DNA of 64,000 nt from an uncultured Fibrobacterota bacterium (GCA_963753345.1 CAVWBU010000036.1:5599-69598); one strand, 5' to 3'; counted from the first letter of the stretch, positions 1-10,252 are shown. The notes: generated from the sequence alone by a model not told the origin. Numbers and translations are program-made.

Positions 1-1
1 C

Positions 2-379
2 GAAAGGGGCGTCGCGTTTTACGGGTTCAGGGAAAACGGCCGCTGTGACGGCGTTATGGGAATCCAGCACCCGAAGGACGTGACGCTCATCCGCCACGCC
101 TACGTGCGCACCGCGTCCCGCAGAATGGGCATCGGCGGCGCGCTGCTGTCGTATCTTGTAAACCAGACCAGCAGGCCGGTGCTCGTGGGGACGTGGAAGG
201 CGGCGACGTGGGCGATTGCGTTTTATGAGAAGCACGGGTTCAGGATGGTGGATGAGGAGACGAAGGATAAATTGCTCAGAAAGTATTGGGTGATATCGGA
301 CAGACAGGTTGAGACGTCGGTGGTGCTGGCAGATAAAACCTGGGTTGACAAGATAGGCAAGCAGGGGGCAAGCATATGA
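2..379 (+). CDS. GNAT family N-acetyltransferase (5' partial)
   Basis: Frame is open from the window start (ERGVAFYGF...MGIQ). Acetyl-CoA motif RRMGIGGALL and AIAFYEKHGF present. Confidence 0.85.
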   Translation, partial: ERGVAFYGFRENGRCDGVMGIQHPKDVTLIRHAYVRTASRRMGIGGALLSYLVNQTSRPVLVGTWKAATWAIAFYEKHGFRMVDEETKDKLLRKYWVISDRQVETSVVLADKTWVDKIGKQGASI

Positions 380-481
380 TATGATGTGACTCGCGAATAT
401 CTGCTGTCGTATGCCCCTGGTATCACTCTCGACACATTTTGCTTTCATTTCCAGCTACCATGAATGAAGATTTGTGGCTGC

Positions 482-642
482 GCCTATGGCCGTGATTTTA
501 AGAACAACCCCCGCCTATGGCGGGTACCTCGTCAGGTACTTCCAAGGGTCGGGAGCTGGACGGCTACGCAACGGCACAGGTGCCGTTTCTTTTTTTCGCG
601 GCCTATGGGCCGCTTCAAAAAAGCCACCGCCTGTGGCGGTGG
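482..642. repeat. Cluster of GCCT(A/G)TGGC-cored hairpins (REP-like)
   Basis: gcctatggc 482-490; cccgcctatggcggg 510-524; gcggcctatgggccgc 598-613; ccaccgcctgtggcggtgg 624-642. Confidence 0.6.
570..596 (+). terminator. Intrinsic terminator-like hairpin
   Basis: aacggca-cagg-tgccgtt followed by tcttttttt. Confidence 0.55.
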
Positions 643-829
643 TCGTTTACTCCGTATCAATCAAGATCGTCCACCTTCCTTTCCTCATCATTTTATCCCG
701 CAAAATCATTATATTTGCCGTTAAGGTGACAGCTTGTCAGGATAATGCAGGGTAATTGAGTCAATCTTGTAACCTGCGCCGCTCTTGCGCGGTCAAATCT
801 TCTGGTTCTATCAAACCAAAGGAGGTCGT

Positions 830-1564
830 ATGAAACAGTATCTCACCAATCTCCGCGTTGTCATTCTCACTTTTATTGCCGGAATGGGCTGCCTGCTTTC
901 CGGCTGTGCCCGCAACGACAACATTTCCGACGAGTTCGCCCGCATTTCCGCGCAGGAGGTGTCGAACATGGACGCCAACTCCAGCACCATGATCAACGCT
1001 CCGGCGCTTGCCAAACGCGCCGCGGTCGCGGCCGACACCGTCTATTACGACTGGACCGTGTACCCCTATACCTGGGATTCCACCATCGGCGGCTATATCC
1101 GCAAAGCGACGATCACGGCGTCGGATGGCTACGACAGGCTTCGCGTGGACACGCTCATCTTCAAAGACGCCGCGGGAAACGGCCTGCGGCATCCGACCTT
1201 TGCCACATGCGATTCCATATACCATGTGCGCAACGTGAAACGGACCAAGGGGGGCAATGAACTTGACATAAGGGTTGAGATGCATTCCTCCATCAATCTC
1301 ACGCCCGACACCACGCATGTCAAGAACGGGACCATCTCGGGCACCTACGATGGCGAGCAGGCGGCAACGGGCACGATCACCGGCGTCACGCGCGTCTATT
1401 CCGGCGGTTACTGGCATTTTCCTGAAAGCGGCACCATTTCCGTGGACTTCCCCCGCCGCACCTACGAAGTTGATTTCCTCGGCAACGACAGAGCAAAGCT
1501 CACGGTCACCAACACCGCGACCGGCAAGACCATTATTGTCACGTATCAGGTTGATCAGATGTAG
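830..1564 (+). CDS. Hypothetical lipoprotein, beta-rich
   Basis: GGAGG RBS before ATG 830; signal peptide with lipobox LLSGC. Confidence 0.75.
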   Translation: MKQYLTNLRVVILTFIAGMGCLLSGCARNDNISDEFARISAQEVSNMDANSSTMINAPALAKRAAVAADTVYYDWTVYPYTWDSTIGGYIRKATITASDGYDRLRVDTLIFKDAAGNGLRHPTFATCDSIYHVRNVKRTKGGNELDIRVEMHSSINLTPDTTHVKNGTISGTYDGEQAATGTITGVTRVYSGGYWHFPESGTISVDFPRRTYEVDFLGNDRAKLTVTNTATGKTIIVTYQVDQM

Positions 1565-1709
1565 CGGACGTCGGTTCGGTTGCCGCGTTTTCCCCGGAGC
1601 GGAGGCATTTGCGGCTTCCGCTCTTTCTCTATTGGCTTGACTCCGGCCTGCATTCATGGCTATTTTCAAGACGACATTTGAGCCGCACGTTTTTTTGCGA
1701 GGAACACAC

Positions 1710-3062
1710 ATGTATGATCTGATCATCATCGGCGGCGGGCCGGCCGGCTATGTTGCGGCCGAGCACGCGGGCAAATCGGGTCTCTCCGTGCTTCTCATCG
1801 AAAAGGGCGGCCTGGGCGGCGTGTGCCTCAATGAGGGCTGCATCCCGTCAAAGACGCTGTTGCATTGCGTAAAGCTCTTTTCCGCGGCGAAATCGTCGGC
1901 AGCGTTCGGCGTGACCGCGGAACGCGTTTCGTTCGATCTCGGCCCGGTCATGGCGCGCAAGCAAAAGACCGTGGAGACCATGCGCAACGGCATCGCATCG
2001 ACGCTTGCGAAGCACAAGGTAGAAATCTGCGCGGGCAGCGCCGCCATTCTGGGGAAATCCGGTGGAACATTCCGTGTTGCTGCGGCCGGGAAGGAGCACG
2101 AAGCCGCAAGGCTCCTCGTGTGCACCGGGTCCGAGGCGGTGCGGCTCGGCGTTCCCGGCGCACAGCAGGATTTCGTGATGACCAACAGGGAGATCCTGTC
2201 GGTTTCTTCCATTCCGTCAACAATAGCCGTGATCGGCGGCGGCGCCATCGGGCTCGAATTCGCATCGTTTTTGGCGGAGGCCGGCAGCCGCGTGAGCGTT
2301 GTGGAGATCCTCCCGACAATCGGAGGACGCCTTGACAAAGACATTGCGGGCGCACTCAAGCGCGAACTTGATAAAAAGGGAATCGTGTTTTATCTGCAGT
2401 CGAAAGTGACTTCCATCGGCGATCGCTCGGTAACATTCGAATCCGGCGGAAAAAGCCAAACGCTTCCTGCGGACATTGTTCTTATAAGCGTGGGACGCAG
2501 GCCCGTCGTTGGCGGATTCGGCCTCGAAACCTTGGGCGTGCTGGTGGAAAAAGGCGCAATAAAAACCGACCTGCAGGGCCGCACGAATGTGCCCGGCGTA
2601 TGGGCTGCCGGCGACGTCAACGGCATTTCGATGCTTGCGCACACCGCGTTTCGCGAGGCAAAGGTCTGCGTGCACGACATGCTCGGCATACGCGACGCCG
2701 TCAACTACGACGCCATTCCTTCGGTGATCTACACCCACCCCGAGGCTGCGACGGTCGGGTTGACAAAGGATGAAGCCGCGGCCCGCGGCTTTGCGCCCGT
2801 GGAGGGGCGGCTGCCGCTTACGTTCAACGGCCGCTATTTTGCGGAGACCGACAACGAGCGCGGCACGATCCGCGTTGTCGCCGATGCAAAAAGCCGGAGG
2901 CTTCTCGGCGTCCACCTGCTCGGCGGAAACTGCTCCGAACTTATCGGGGGAGCGGCCGCTCTCATCGAGCAGGGACTTACCCTGGAAGACGCCGCGAAGA
3001 TCGTTTTTCCTCACCCAACGGTGTCCGAGATCATCGGCGATGCCATGGCGCAGGTCCCCTAA
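1710..3062 (+). CDS. lpdA: Dihydrolipoamide dehydrogenase
   Basis: GGGPAGY FAD motif, GGVCLNEGCIPSK disulfide, GGGAIGLE NAD motif, HPTVSE C-terminal motif. Confidence 0.93.
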   Translation: MYDLIIIGGGPAGYVAAEHAGKSGLSVLLIEKGGLGGVCLNEGCIPSKTLLHCVKLFSAAKSSAAFGVTAERVSFDLGPVMARKQKTVETMRNGIASTLAKHKVEICAGSAAILGKSGGTFRVAAAGKEHEAARLLVCTGSEAVRLGVPGAQQDFVMTNREILSVSSIPSTIAVIGGGAIGLEFASFLAEAGSRVSVVEILPTIGGRLDKDIAGALKRELDKKGIVFYLQSKVTSIGDRSVTFESGGKSQTLPADIVLISVGRRPVVGGFGLETLGVLVEKGAIKTDLQGRTNVPGVWAAGDVNGISMLAHTAFREAKVCVHDMLGIRDAVNYDAIPSVIYTHPEAATVGLTKDEAAARGFAPVEGRLPLTFNGRYFAETDNERGTIRVVADAKSRRLLGVHLLGGNCSELIGGAAALIEQGLTLEDAAKIVFPHPTVSEIIGDAMAQVP

Positions 3063-3068
3063 CGTTTC

Positions 3069-4238
3069 ATGCTCACCGTCCAACTCAAAAACGGCAAAGA
3101 CAAGCCCGTCCGCATGGGACACCCTTGGATTTTCTCCGGGGCAATCGCCCGCCTGCAGGGAAGCGGCGACAGCGGGGCACTATGCGCCGTGGTCTCTTCG
3201 TCGGGCGAGGGGCTTGGAACCGGTTTTTACAACGCGAATTCCGCGATCCGCGTGCGCATGCTTGCGAAACAGGGCGAGGCCTTTGACGAGGCTGTGCTCG
3301 CGCGGCGGATCGGCGACGCTGTTGCACGCCGCGCGGCCATCCTCGACGGCCGCACCGACTCGTGCCGGCTTGTCAATTCGGAAGGTGACCGGCTGCCCGG
3401 CCTCATTGTTGACAAATACGCAGATGGCCTGTGCGTGCAGGTGCTCACCGCGGGCATGGAGCGGCTGAGGCAGCCGGTCGTTGATTCATTGGTGAAGGCC
3501 TGTTCGCCGGTATTTATCTGCGAGCGTTCGGACACGGACGCCCGCAGCCGCGAGGGTCTGCCGGAGAAAAACGGCCCGATGCGGGGCACGCTCCCGGAAC
3601 AGGTCGTGATGAAGGAAAACGGGCTTTGTTTCCATGTCAATCTGTCAACCGGGCAGAAGACGGGCTTCTTTCTTGACCAGCGCGACAACAGGCGGCTGTT
3701 CGCGTCCTTTGCGGCGGGCAAGGCGCTGTGCGACTGCTTCTGCTACAGCGGCGGTTTTTCGGTGTACGGCCTTTCGGGCGGCGCGGTCTCGAGCACAATG
3801 GTTGACACATCCGAAGCCGCCGTGGCCGCCGCGCGTGACAACTGCGGCCGCAACGGCTTTGGAGCGGGCCGGTGCACCGGCGTTGCCGCAAATGTGTTCG
3901 GCTTCCTGCGCGCAACCGACCGGCGGTTCGGCTGCATCGTTCTGGACCCGCCCCCGTTCGCACGGCACAAAGGCGAGGTCGAAGCGGCGGCGCGCGGCTA
4001 CAAGGACATCAACCTGCTCGCCTTCAAGAACGTGGAACCCGGCGGGATCGTGTTCACCTTTTCGTGTTCGAGCGCAATCGACCCGAACCTCTTCCGCCAG
4101 ATTGTGTTCGCCGCCGCGGCCGATTCGCAGCGGTTTGTGCAGGTACTTCATGTTCTGTCCGCAGGTCCTGACCATCCGTTCAACATCGCCCACCGGGAAG
4201 GGGAGTATCTGAAAGGGTTGGTGCTGAGGGTTGAATAG
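3069..4238 (+). CDS. rlmI: RlmI/RlmK-like SAM-dependent rRNA methyltransferase (PUA + class I MTase)
   Basis: GHPWIF, NSEGDRLPGLIVD, GQKTGFFLDQRDNR, LDPPPF, DHP...EGEYLK. Confidence 0.88.
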   Translation: MLTVQLKNGKDKPVRMGHPWIFSGAIARLQGSGDSGALCAVVSSSGEGLGTGFYNANSAIRVRMLAKQGEAFDEAVLARRIGDAVARRAAILDGRTDSCRLVNSEGDRLPGLIVDKYADGLCVQVLTAGMERLRQPVVDSLVKACSPVFICERSDTDARSREGLPEKNGPMRGTLPEQVVMKENGLCFHVNLSTGQKTGFFLDQRDNRRLFASFAAGKALCDCFCYSGGFSVYGLSGGAVSSTMVDTSEAAVAAARDNCGRNGFGAGRCTGVAANVFGFLRATDRRFGCIVLDPPPFARHKGEVEAAARGYKDINLLAFKNVEPGGIVFTFSCSSAIDPNLFRQIVFAAAADSQRFVQVLHVLSAGPDHPFNIAHREGEYLKGLVLRVE

Positions 4239-4278
4239 GGGGGTGCAGTCTGTCAACTTTCACTCTTTAACTATTCTT

Positions 4279-4306
4279 CTCTGTGTCCTCCGTGCCCCTG
4301 TGGTGA
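4279..4306. repeat. Dispersed short repeat (inverted copy at 52312-52339)
   Basis: Reverse complement tcaccacaggggcacggaggacacagag vs tcaccacagagacacagaggccacagag (24/28 identical). Confidence 0.65.
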
Positions 4307-4331
4307 AGATTTCTTTTCATATAAAAAATGC

Positions 4332-4360
4332 TTGACAATTCGGCCGGAATGGTGCATATT
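4332..4360 (+). promoter_or_regulatory. sigma70-type promoter upstream of rho
   Basis: TTGACA (4332-4337), 17 nt spacer, CATATT (4355-4360). Confidence 0.6.
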
Positions 4361-4652
4361 TAGTAGCATTAAAGAGCGCTAAGAATCAGTTTGATCCTGT
4401 TTTCAGCCTCACAAACTACCTGTTCGGCACGATACCCTATCCCGAACCAGTTTCGATACGAGCGATCTCCAATACGCAATGGAATTTCATAAAACGGCAG
4501 CCTGATTTTTTTCATCAGAAGTGATTTGAGCGCCCACTCATCCAAAGAAATCCTTTTCGGATTATACATCGGGTTGCGGCGGAGCCGCTTGCCTTCTGCC
4601 GCGGCGCAGGTGCTCAAGCTCGCATGATCATGGTTCTCCAATTTATCTCATG

Positions 4653-4820
4653 TGAATCCCATAGCGAGCGCATTCCTCCAAGGTTCGCTGTCGCGGCTAC
4701 TCCTGTAGTGTTGTATGCAGTTGCAGCCGTGGTGCTTCGGGGTTAGCGAGCGACTATGAGTATGTTTTTTTCCATAGGGATGGAAGATTCCTCGTCCCGC
4801 GGGACTGCGGGGTTCTTCAA
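4653..4820. repeat. Palindromic non-autonomous repeat element in the rho leader
   Basis: tgaa...ttca ends; internal direct repeat tagcgagcg (4662-4670, 4744-4752); palindrome gtcccgcgggac 4794-4805. Confidence 0.5.
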
Positions 4821-4922
4821 TACGCATCACGAAGCTTTTTCACGCTCCGCATCCACCGAAGGCCTTTTGTAAAGCGGCCTTGGAAACGGGGTATTTGTTC
4901 CATGTTCAAATAAAGTTGAGGT

Positions 4923-6176
4923 ATGTCGATGAATGTTGCCGAACTGAAGACCCGGGCCATGACCGAACTCTACGACCTGGCCACAAACCTGAACGTCGGA
5001 GAGCACCGCAATCTGCGCAGGCAGGAGCTCATTTTTAAAATCCTTCAGGCGCAGGCCGCGCAGAATGGACAGATGTTCGCCGAGGGCGTGCTTGAAATAA
5101 TGCCCGACGGATTCGGTTTTCTCCGCTCCCCGCTCAACAGCTACCTTTCGGGCCCGGACGATATCTACGTCTCTCCATCGCAGATAAAGCGGTTCTATCT
5201 CAAAACCGGCGACACGGTGTCGGGGCAGGTGCGCCCGCCCAAGGATTCCGAGCGCTATTTTGCGCTGCTGCGCGTCGAGATGGTGAATTACGAGGACCCC
5301 GAGGAATGCAAGAAGAAGGTGAACTTCGACGACCTTACGCCGCTGTTTCCCAACCAGCGCTTCAACCTCGAATACGACGCGAAGGAAGTGTCCACGCGCA
5401 TCATGAACCTCGCCACTCCCATCGGCAAAGGCCAGCGAGGGCTTATCGTCGCGCCGCCCCGCACGGGAAAAACGGTGCTGCTCAAGAACATCGCCAACGC
5501 CATCTCCACCAACCATCCGGAGGCGGTGCTCATCGTTTTGCTCATCGACGAGCGGCCCGAGGAAGTCACCGACATGTCGCGTTCCGTAAAGGCTGAGGTG
5601 ATCAGCTCCACGTTCGACGAGCCGGCCGAGCGTCACGTGGTGGTGGCCGAAATGGCCATCGAGCGCGCCAAGCGGCTCGTGGAGCACAACAAGGACGTGG
5701 TGATCCTGCTCGACTCGATCACCCGTCTGGCGAGGGCGCACAACACCGTGGCGCCGCATTCGGGAAGGATCCTGTCGGGCGGCGTTGATTCACAGGCCCT
5801 TTACAAACCGAAACGGTTTTTCGGCGCGGCACGGAACATCGACAACGGCGGCAGCCTCACCATCATCGCCACGGCGCTCATCGAAACCGGCAGCCGCATG
5901 GACGAGGTGATCTTCGAGGAATTCAAGGGTACCGGCAACATGGAGCTCGTGCTCGACAGGAAAATCGCCGACCGCCGCATCTACCCGGCCATCGACCTCA
6001 TGAAGAGCGGCACGCGCAAGGAAGAGCTGCTGCTCACCCAGGAGGAGCTCAACCGCATGTGGGTCCTGCGCAAGTTCCTCGCCACCATGACGCCGGTGGA
6101 AATGATGGAATTTCTCAAGGAGAAGATCACCGGCACAAAGACGAACAAGGATTTTCTGGAGTCGATGAAGAGCTAG
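4923..6176 (+). CDS. rho: Transcription termination factor Rho
   Basis: [68 protein letters not shown]. Confidence 0.99.
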   Translation: MSMNVAELKTRAMTELYDLATNLNVGEHRNLRRQELIFKILQAQAAQNGQMFAEGVLEIMPDGFGFLRSPLNSYLSGPDDIYVSPSQIKRFYLKTGDTVSGQVRPPKDSERYFALLRVEMVNYEDPEECKKKVNFDDLTPLFPNQRFNLEYDAKEVSTRIMNLATPIGKGQRGLIVAPPRTGKTVLLKNIANAISTNHPEAVLIVLLIDERPEEVTDMSRSVKAEVISSTFDEPAERHVVVAEMAIERAKRLVEHNKDVVILLDSITRLARAHNTVAPHSGRILSGGVDSQALYKPKRFFGAARNIDNGGSLTIIATALIETGSRMDEVIFEEFKGTGNMELVLDRKIADRRIYPAIDLMKSGTRKEELLLTQEELNRMWVLRKFLATMTPVEMMEFLKEKITGTKTNKDFLESMKS

Positions 6177-6189
6177 GGCGGAGAAAAGA

Positions 6190-6214
6190 GTTGAGAAGTT
6201 GAGGAGTTGAGAAG
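6190..6214. repeat. 8-mer tandem repeat (gttgag(a/g)a); exact inverted copy at 54731-54755
   Basis: gttgagaagttgaggagttgagaag is the reverse complement of cttctcaactcctcaacttctcaac. Confidence 0.75.
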
Positions 6215-6310
6215 TTTGGTAGTTTGGTGCCGGTTACTTTACCCTGCGCGACCCATTCTTTTCAACGTTTCAACGTTTCAACGATTCAACTTTCCTTTTG
6301 GGGGCTTTCC

Positions 6311-7117
6311 ATGCGCGTAGCAGTGCTCGGTTGCGGCAACATGGGGCGGGCCATCATTGCGGGCCTCCTCAAGGCCTACGACGACGTTTCGATAATCGCG
6401 TTTGACAAGAGCGAAGCCGCGCTCAAGTTCCTTCCGGACGAGGCACTGGTGGTCCCGCCCGACGAGTGGGACCTCGATGAGAACCGGCCCGACGCCGTTG
6501 TCATTTCGGTGAAGCCGCAGGACATCGCCGAGGCGCTCGCCCTGTTCTCGGGCCTTGCCCGGCGGGACGACAGCCCCCTGTTCATGTCGATTGCCGCAGG
6601 CATCGCCATCGCAAGACTTGAAAAGCTTCTGCCGCAGCACGCGCGCATCTGCAGGGTGATGCCCAACACGCCGGCACTGGTGGGCGAGGCGATGTCGGCA
6701 TACTGCCTCAACAGCCGGTGCCGCGATTCCGATAAGTCAATTGTCGAGCGGGTCCTCGGCTCGTTCGGCAGGGTTGTCTGCGTGCCGGAGAAACAGCTCA
6801 ATGCGATCACCGGTCTCTCGGGAAGCGGTCCCGCCTATGTCTATCTGTTTATCGAGGCCCTCATCGAAGGCGGCGTGGCAGCCGGCATCCCCTATGCCGT
6901 GGCACGGGAATGCGCGGTGCAGACCGTGGTGGGAGCGGCGCGCATGGTCCAGCATGGCGACGAATCGCCGGCCGCACTCAAGGCGGCGGTGATGTCGCCT
7001 GGCGGCACCACGGTACGCGGTCTTATGGAGTTGGAAAAGAACAAGTTCAAATTCTCGGTTATCAAGGCCGTCACCGAAGCGGCCGTGCGCGCGGAGGAAC
7101 TGGGCAGGCAGGAATAA
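6311..7117 (+). CDS. proC: Pyrroline-5-carboxylate reductase
   Basis: GCGNMG, SVKPQ, RVMPNTP, TGLSGSGPAYVY, SPGGTT. Confidence 0.97.
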   Translation: MRVAVLGCGNMGRAIIAGLLKAYDDVSIIAFDKSEAALKFLPDEALVVPPDEWDLDENRPDAVVISVKPQDIAEALALFSGLARRDDSPLFMSIAAGIAIARLEKLLPQHARICRVMPNTPALVGEAMSAYCLNSRCRDSDKSIVERVLGSFGRVVCVPEKQLNAITGLSGSGPAYVYLFIEALIEGGVAAGIPYAVARECAVQTVVGAARMVQHGDESPAALKAAVMSPGGTTVRGLMELEKNKFKFSVIKAVTEAAVRAEELGRQE

Positions 7118-7159
7118 GCCGCATTCGCGCGATTCGGGGAAATCACGAAAGGATCGGAC

Positions 7160-7982
7160 ATGAAGGTGATGAGCATTGTTGCCGCGCTGGTGATTGCCGG
7201 CGCTGTTTTCGGGGAAGACCCGCAGGAAAGCAAACTGCTTCCTGCCGGGAGCGCTGCGCCCAGCTTCTCCCTCCCTTCGCTCTCGGGCGACAGGGTCTCG
7301 CTCTCGACGTATTGCGGGGAGACCCTTTCCAAGCCTTATATCAACAAGGTCCGTCATACGGTGGTCCTCAGCTTCTGGGCAACCTACTGCAAGCCGTGCC
7401 AGAAGGAAATTCCCGAGCTTCAGGCGTTTGCCGAAAAGCACAGGAACAACGACATCATGGTCATATGCATAAGCATCGACAAGGAAGGCGCGGACATCGT
7501 GGGGCCGTTTGTAAAGGAGAAGGGATACGCCGTGCAGGTTCTTCTCGATCCCTACGCCAAGACCTCGGAGCGCTACGGAGTGAAATCGCTGCCCGCGCTG
7601 TTCGTTATTGACACAATGGGAATCATCCGGTTTGCTTCGCGCGGCTACGACGCGAAGAATCCGCTGGGCCCCAAACTTGAAAAGGTCCTTAAGAGCATTC
7701 GGGAAGGAACAAAAATTTCGGTCGTGGACGACGGCGGTGCGGTGGTTCCCGTCGAACCGGCCGGATCAAAGGGACCAAAGTCCGGAGGTGACGAGGCCGT
7801 CCGGCCGGGCAAGCTCTCTCCAAAGCAGCGATGGAACGCAATTGCGCGCGTGGAATGCGGCGAACCCATCGACAAGGTCGCGGCTGCGGTCGGCGTTGCC
7901 CCGTCGGAACTTCACGCATGGTACAGCGATCTTCAGGAAGGCCGCAACCGCACTGTGGGCCGCCGATACATCGGCCCGGTAG
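7160..7982 (+). CDS. Exported TlpA/ResA-like thiol-disulfide oxidoreductase with C-terminal HTH-like segment; probable +1 frameshift near 7932
   Basis: Signal peptide; FWATYCKPCQKEIP. Removing one base at cttcagg gives ...WYSDLRKAATALWAADTSAR* (stop 7982), which is followed by a terminator hairpin. Confidence 0.75.
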
Positions 7983-7995
7983 TCCGGTCTTCACC

Positions 7996-8021
7996 CCGCC
8001 GCACGGGCGGTTCTTCTTTTT
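7996..8021 (+). terminator. Intrinsic terminator
   Basis: ccgcc-gcacg-ggcgg followed by ttcttcttttt. Confidence 0.55.
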
Positions 8022-8081
8022 GACTTGGACGCCGGCAGCGGCGATTTTATATTTGAAAAGGAGAGGATCCGGAGATTCACC

Positions 8082-8951
8082 ATGCCTACCTTCACCATTT
8101 CGGTAAACAACAAAGTGCTGGGCACGTATGTTGTCAAAAAAACGGTGATTACCGTCGGCAGGTCCCGCACCAACACGATCTCCATCGCGAGCAAGGCAGT
8201 ATCCCGCACCCATGTCCGCATCGAGCTTTCCCGGGAAGGGTGGACCGTCACCGATCTCGGGTCGCTCAACGGAACGTATGTAAACGACATCAGGATCACC
8301 AATGCGTTTCTGTCCGAAGGCGACAAGGTGACGATCGGTGCCTATGCCATCATGTTTTCGCCGGAGCCCGCGCAGGAGGCTTCGGAGGAGGAATTGCGGC
8401 CTGCTGCCGCCCAGCCTGAATCGGAAGAGGCGGACGCCGATGTCCGCGTGGAAGGCTCGCCGCCTTCCACCGAGACGGCTCTGGAACCGCCGAGAGACCA
8501 GCCGATACCCGTCGCGGAACCGCAGCCGTCTGCGAGGGAATTCCGCGCGGCGGAAGCTCCCGCTCCCGCCGCCGTGCAGAACACGGTTGAGGGCGACGCG
8601 GTTGAGGCCGATACCGGACCGCCTGCTCATCCAGACACGAAGGCATTCACGATTGCCGACGGCGCCGACATTGACAAAAAAGGAGAGGTTGACGGAGGAC
8701 AATCTTCAGACAACGGGAAGGAAGCGCGACTGGCGCTCCTCCGGAGCAATCCGGCCGGCCTCCAACTGGAGGACAGGGTTCGTCTGGCGGTCATCGAAAA
8801 TCCTCTTGCCGATGAGGCCGATATCAGGAAACGGCTTTCGGATCCCGATTTCGGGGGTGCAAACGTCGGCAAATCGGAATTGCAGGCAATACTCAAGGCC
8901 CTCGGCCTTGAAACCAAAATCAAGCGGTACAACTATTTTCTGCATTCGTAA
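8082..8951 (+). CDS. FHA-domain protein with Pro/Glu/Ala linker and C-terminal HTH-like domain
   Basis: VGRS, VSRTH, DLGSLNGTYVN FHA motifs; GGAG RBS. Confidence 0.85.
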   Translation: MPTFTISVNNKVLGTYVVKKTVITVGRSRTNTISIASKAVSRTHVRIELSREGWTVTDLGSLNGTYVNDIRITNAFLSEGDKVTIGAYAIMFSPEPAQEASEEELRPAAAQPESEEADADVRVEGSPPSTETALEPPRDQPIPVAEPQPSAREFRAAEAPAPAAVQNTVEGDAVEADTGPPAHPDTKAFTIADGADIDKKGEVDGGQSSDNGKEARLALLRSNPAGLQLEDRVRLAVIENPLADEADIRKRLSDPDFGGANVGKSELQAILKALGLETKIKRYNYFLHS

Positions 8952-9030
8952 ACAGGCGGGGTCGCTTGCCTGTGCATCTCGGGCGCAAGCCGCCTTGCTG
9001 GGGGAATTCTCTTTCTCTCCGCGGGTCCTG

Positions 9031-9366
9031 CTAAGCGGCTGGAGGCGGGGAAGACTCGGACGCAGGATTTCTTTTCCAGTAGTTGTCGTTCACACGTTTC
9101 CTGAGTTCCTTTGAGGCTTCGAACACCGGTTTATATCCTGCCTGCACCTGAATATGTTCGTTGGTACGAGGATTCCGGGCGCTTCTTGCGCGCCGCTCCT
9201 TAATCTTGAACCTGCCGAACCCCCGGATTTCGATGTTTCTTCCCTCCTGAAGCGACTTGGAAACCGCCTCCAAGAGACTTTCCACAACAATCTTCGTGTC
9301 GACTTGGGTGAGGCCGGTCGTATCTGAGATCTTTTCCACAAGATCCTTTTTTGTGATGTTACTCAT
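9031..9366 (-). CDS. HU/IHF family DNA-binding protein
   Basis: TKKDLV...IEIRGFGRF...ARNPRT...PVFEASKELR. Confidence 0.95.
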   Translation of the reverse strand: MSNITKKDLVEKISDTTGLTQVDTKIVVESLLEAVSKSLQEGRNIEIRGFGRFKIKERRARSARNPRTNEHIQVQAGYKPVFEASKELRKRVNDNYWKRNPASESSPPPAA

Positions 9367-9850
9367 GGGCGTTGCTCTTTCGCTGGGAAGTTAACGTACC
9401 TTATCCTGTCTTAGGAGGGTTCAAGTAAGAACCAGGATTATAGTAACTGCTTTATGTCTTTATCAAGAAATAGAATATATTTGGTTATCCGCCAAAATCA
9501 AGGTTTTTTTTAAGATTGGAACTGCCACAAGTAACTGAAAAGGGGTGAGTTAAGGAAAGGCCACGATATATGGTGTATGGCGCAATGAGCAGCCACTAGA
9601 GGGCAATTTTGATTTCGAGCGCGGTGCATTAAATGAAGCTGCTCCATACTATTGTGAAACCGCGGATGGCATTCGCAAGTGTGCGGAAGCACATTAGTCT
9701 TGAGAAAGCGATTCCCTTTTGTGAAGAAAAGGCGGCCTTGTCACGACAGCCGCCGGGATTATGGCGCCTGCTTCCAAGACATTGCATCACCGGCTGCTGG
9801 AAGGATCATCACAAACCCAGCCGGGAACATTCGTATTTGCTCAAAAATTC

Positions 9851-9879
9851 TTGACACCTCAATACAGTTGTGTTATATT
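9851..9879 (+). promoter_or_regulatory. sigma70 promoter of groES operon
   Basis: TTGACA 9851-9856, 17 nt spacer, TATATT 9874-9879 with extended TG. Confidence 0.85.
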
Positions 9880-9880
9880 A

Positions 9881-9907
9881 TTAGCACTCATTTACGATGA
9901 GTGCTAA
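9881..9907. promoter_or_regulatory. CIRCE element (HrcA operator)
   Basis: Perfect TTAGCACTC-N9-GAGTGCTAA; hrcA is in the same cluster. Confidence 0.98.
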
Positions 9908-9967
9908 TAATTCTCTTATCAAAACGTAATTCTGTCAAACTTAACCACATTTCAAGGAGGAGTTGTT

Positions 9968-10252
9968 ATGAACGTCAAGCCTTTGGCCGACCGGATTGTT
10001 GTAATGCCGTTGGAAGCGGAAGAAAAGACAAAAGGCGGGATCATCATTCCCGACAATGCCAAGGAGAAACCTCAGAAGGGTGAAGTGATCGCCGTGGGAC
10101 CCGGCAAGATTTCCGACAATGGAGCGAAGATTGCCATGGAACTCAAAAAGGGCGACAAGGTGCTGTACGGCAAATATTCAGGGACCGAGGTCACCGTGGA
10201 CGGCAAGGAATACCTTATTGTAAGAGAAAGCGACGTGCTGGCGATAATCTGA
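9968..10252 (+). CDS. groES: Co-chaperonin GroES
   Basis: [31 protein letters not shown]. Confidence 0.99.
   Translation: MNVKPLADRIVVMPLEAEEKTKGGIIIPDNAKEKPQKGEVIAVGPGKISDNGAKIAMELKKGDKVLYGKYSGTEVTVDGKEYLIVRESDVLAII

Noticed and set aside
4648-4830. 60-aa minus-strand ORF
   Set aside because: Coincides with a palindromic repeat element; no protein features.
9367-9850. Small ORFs or ncRNA in the HU-groES intergenic region
   Set aside because: No RBS, motif or recognisable RNA structure; explained as a divergent promoter region.
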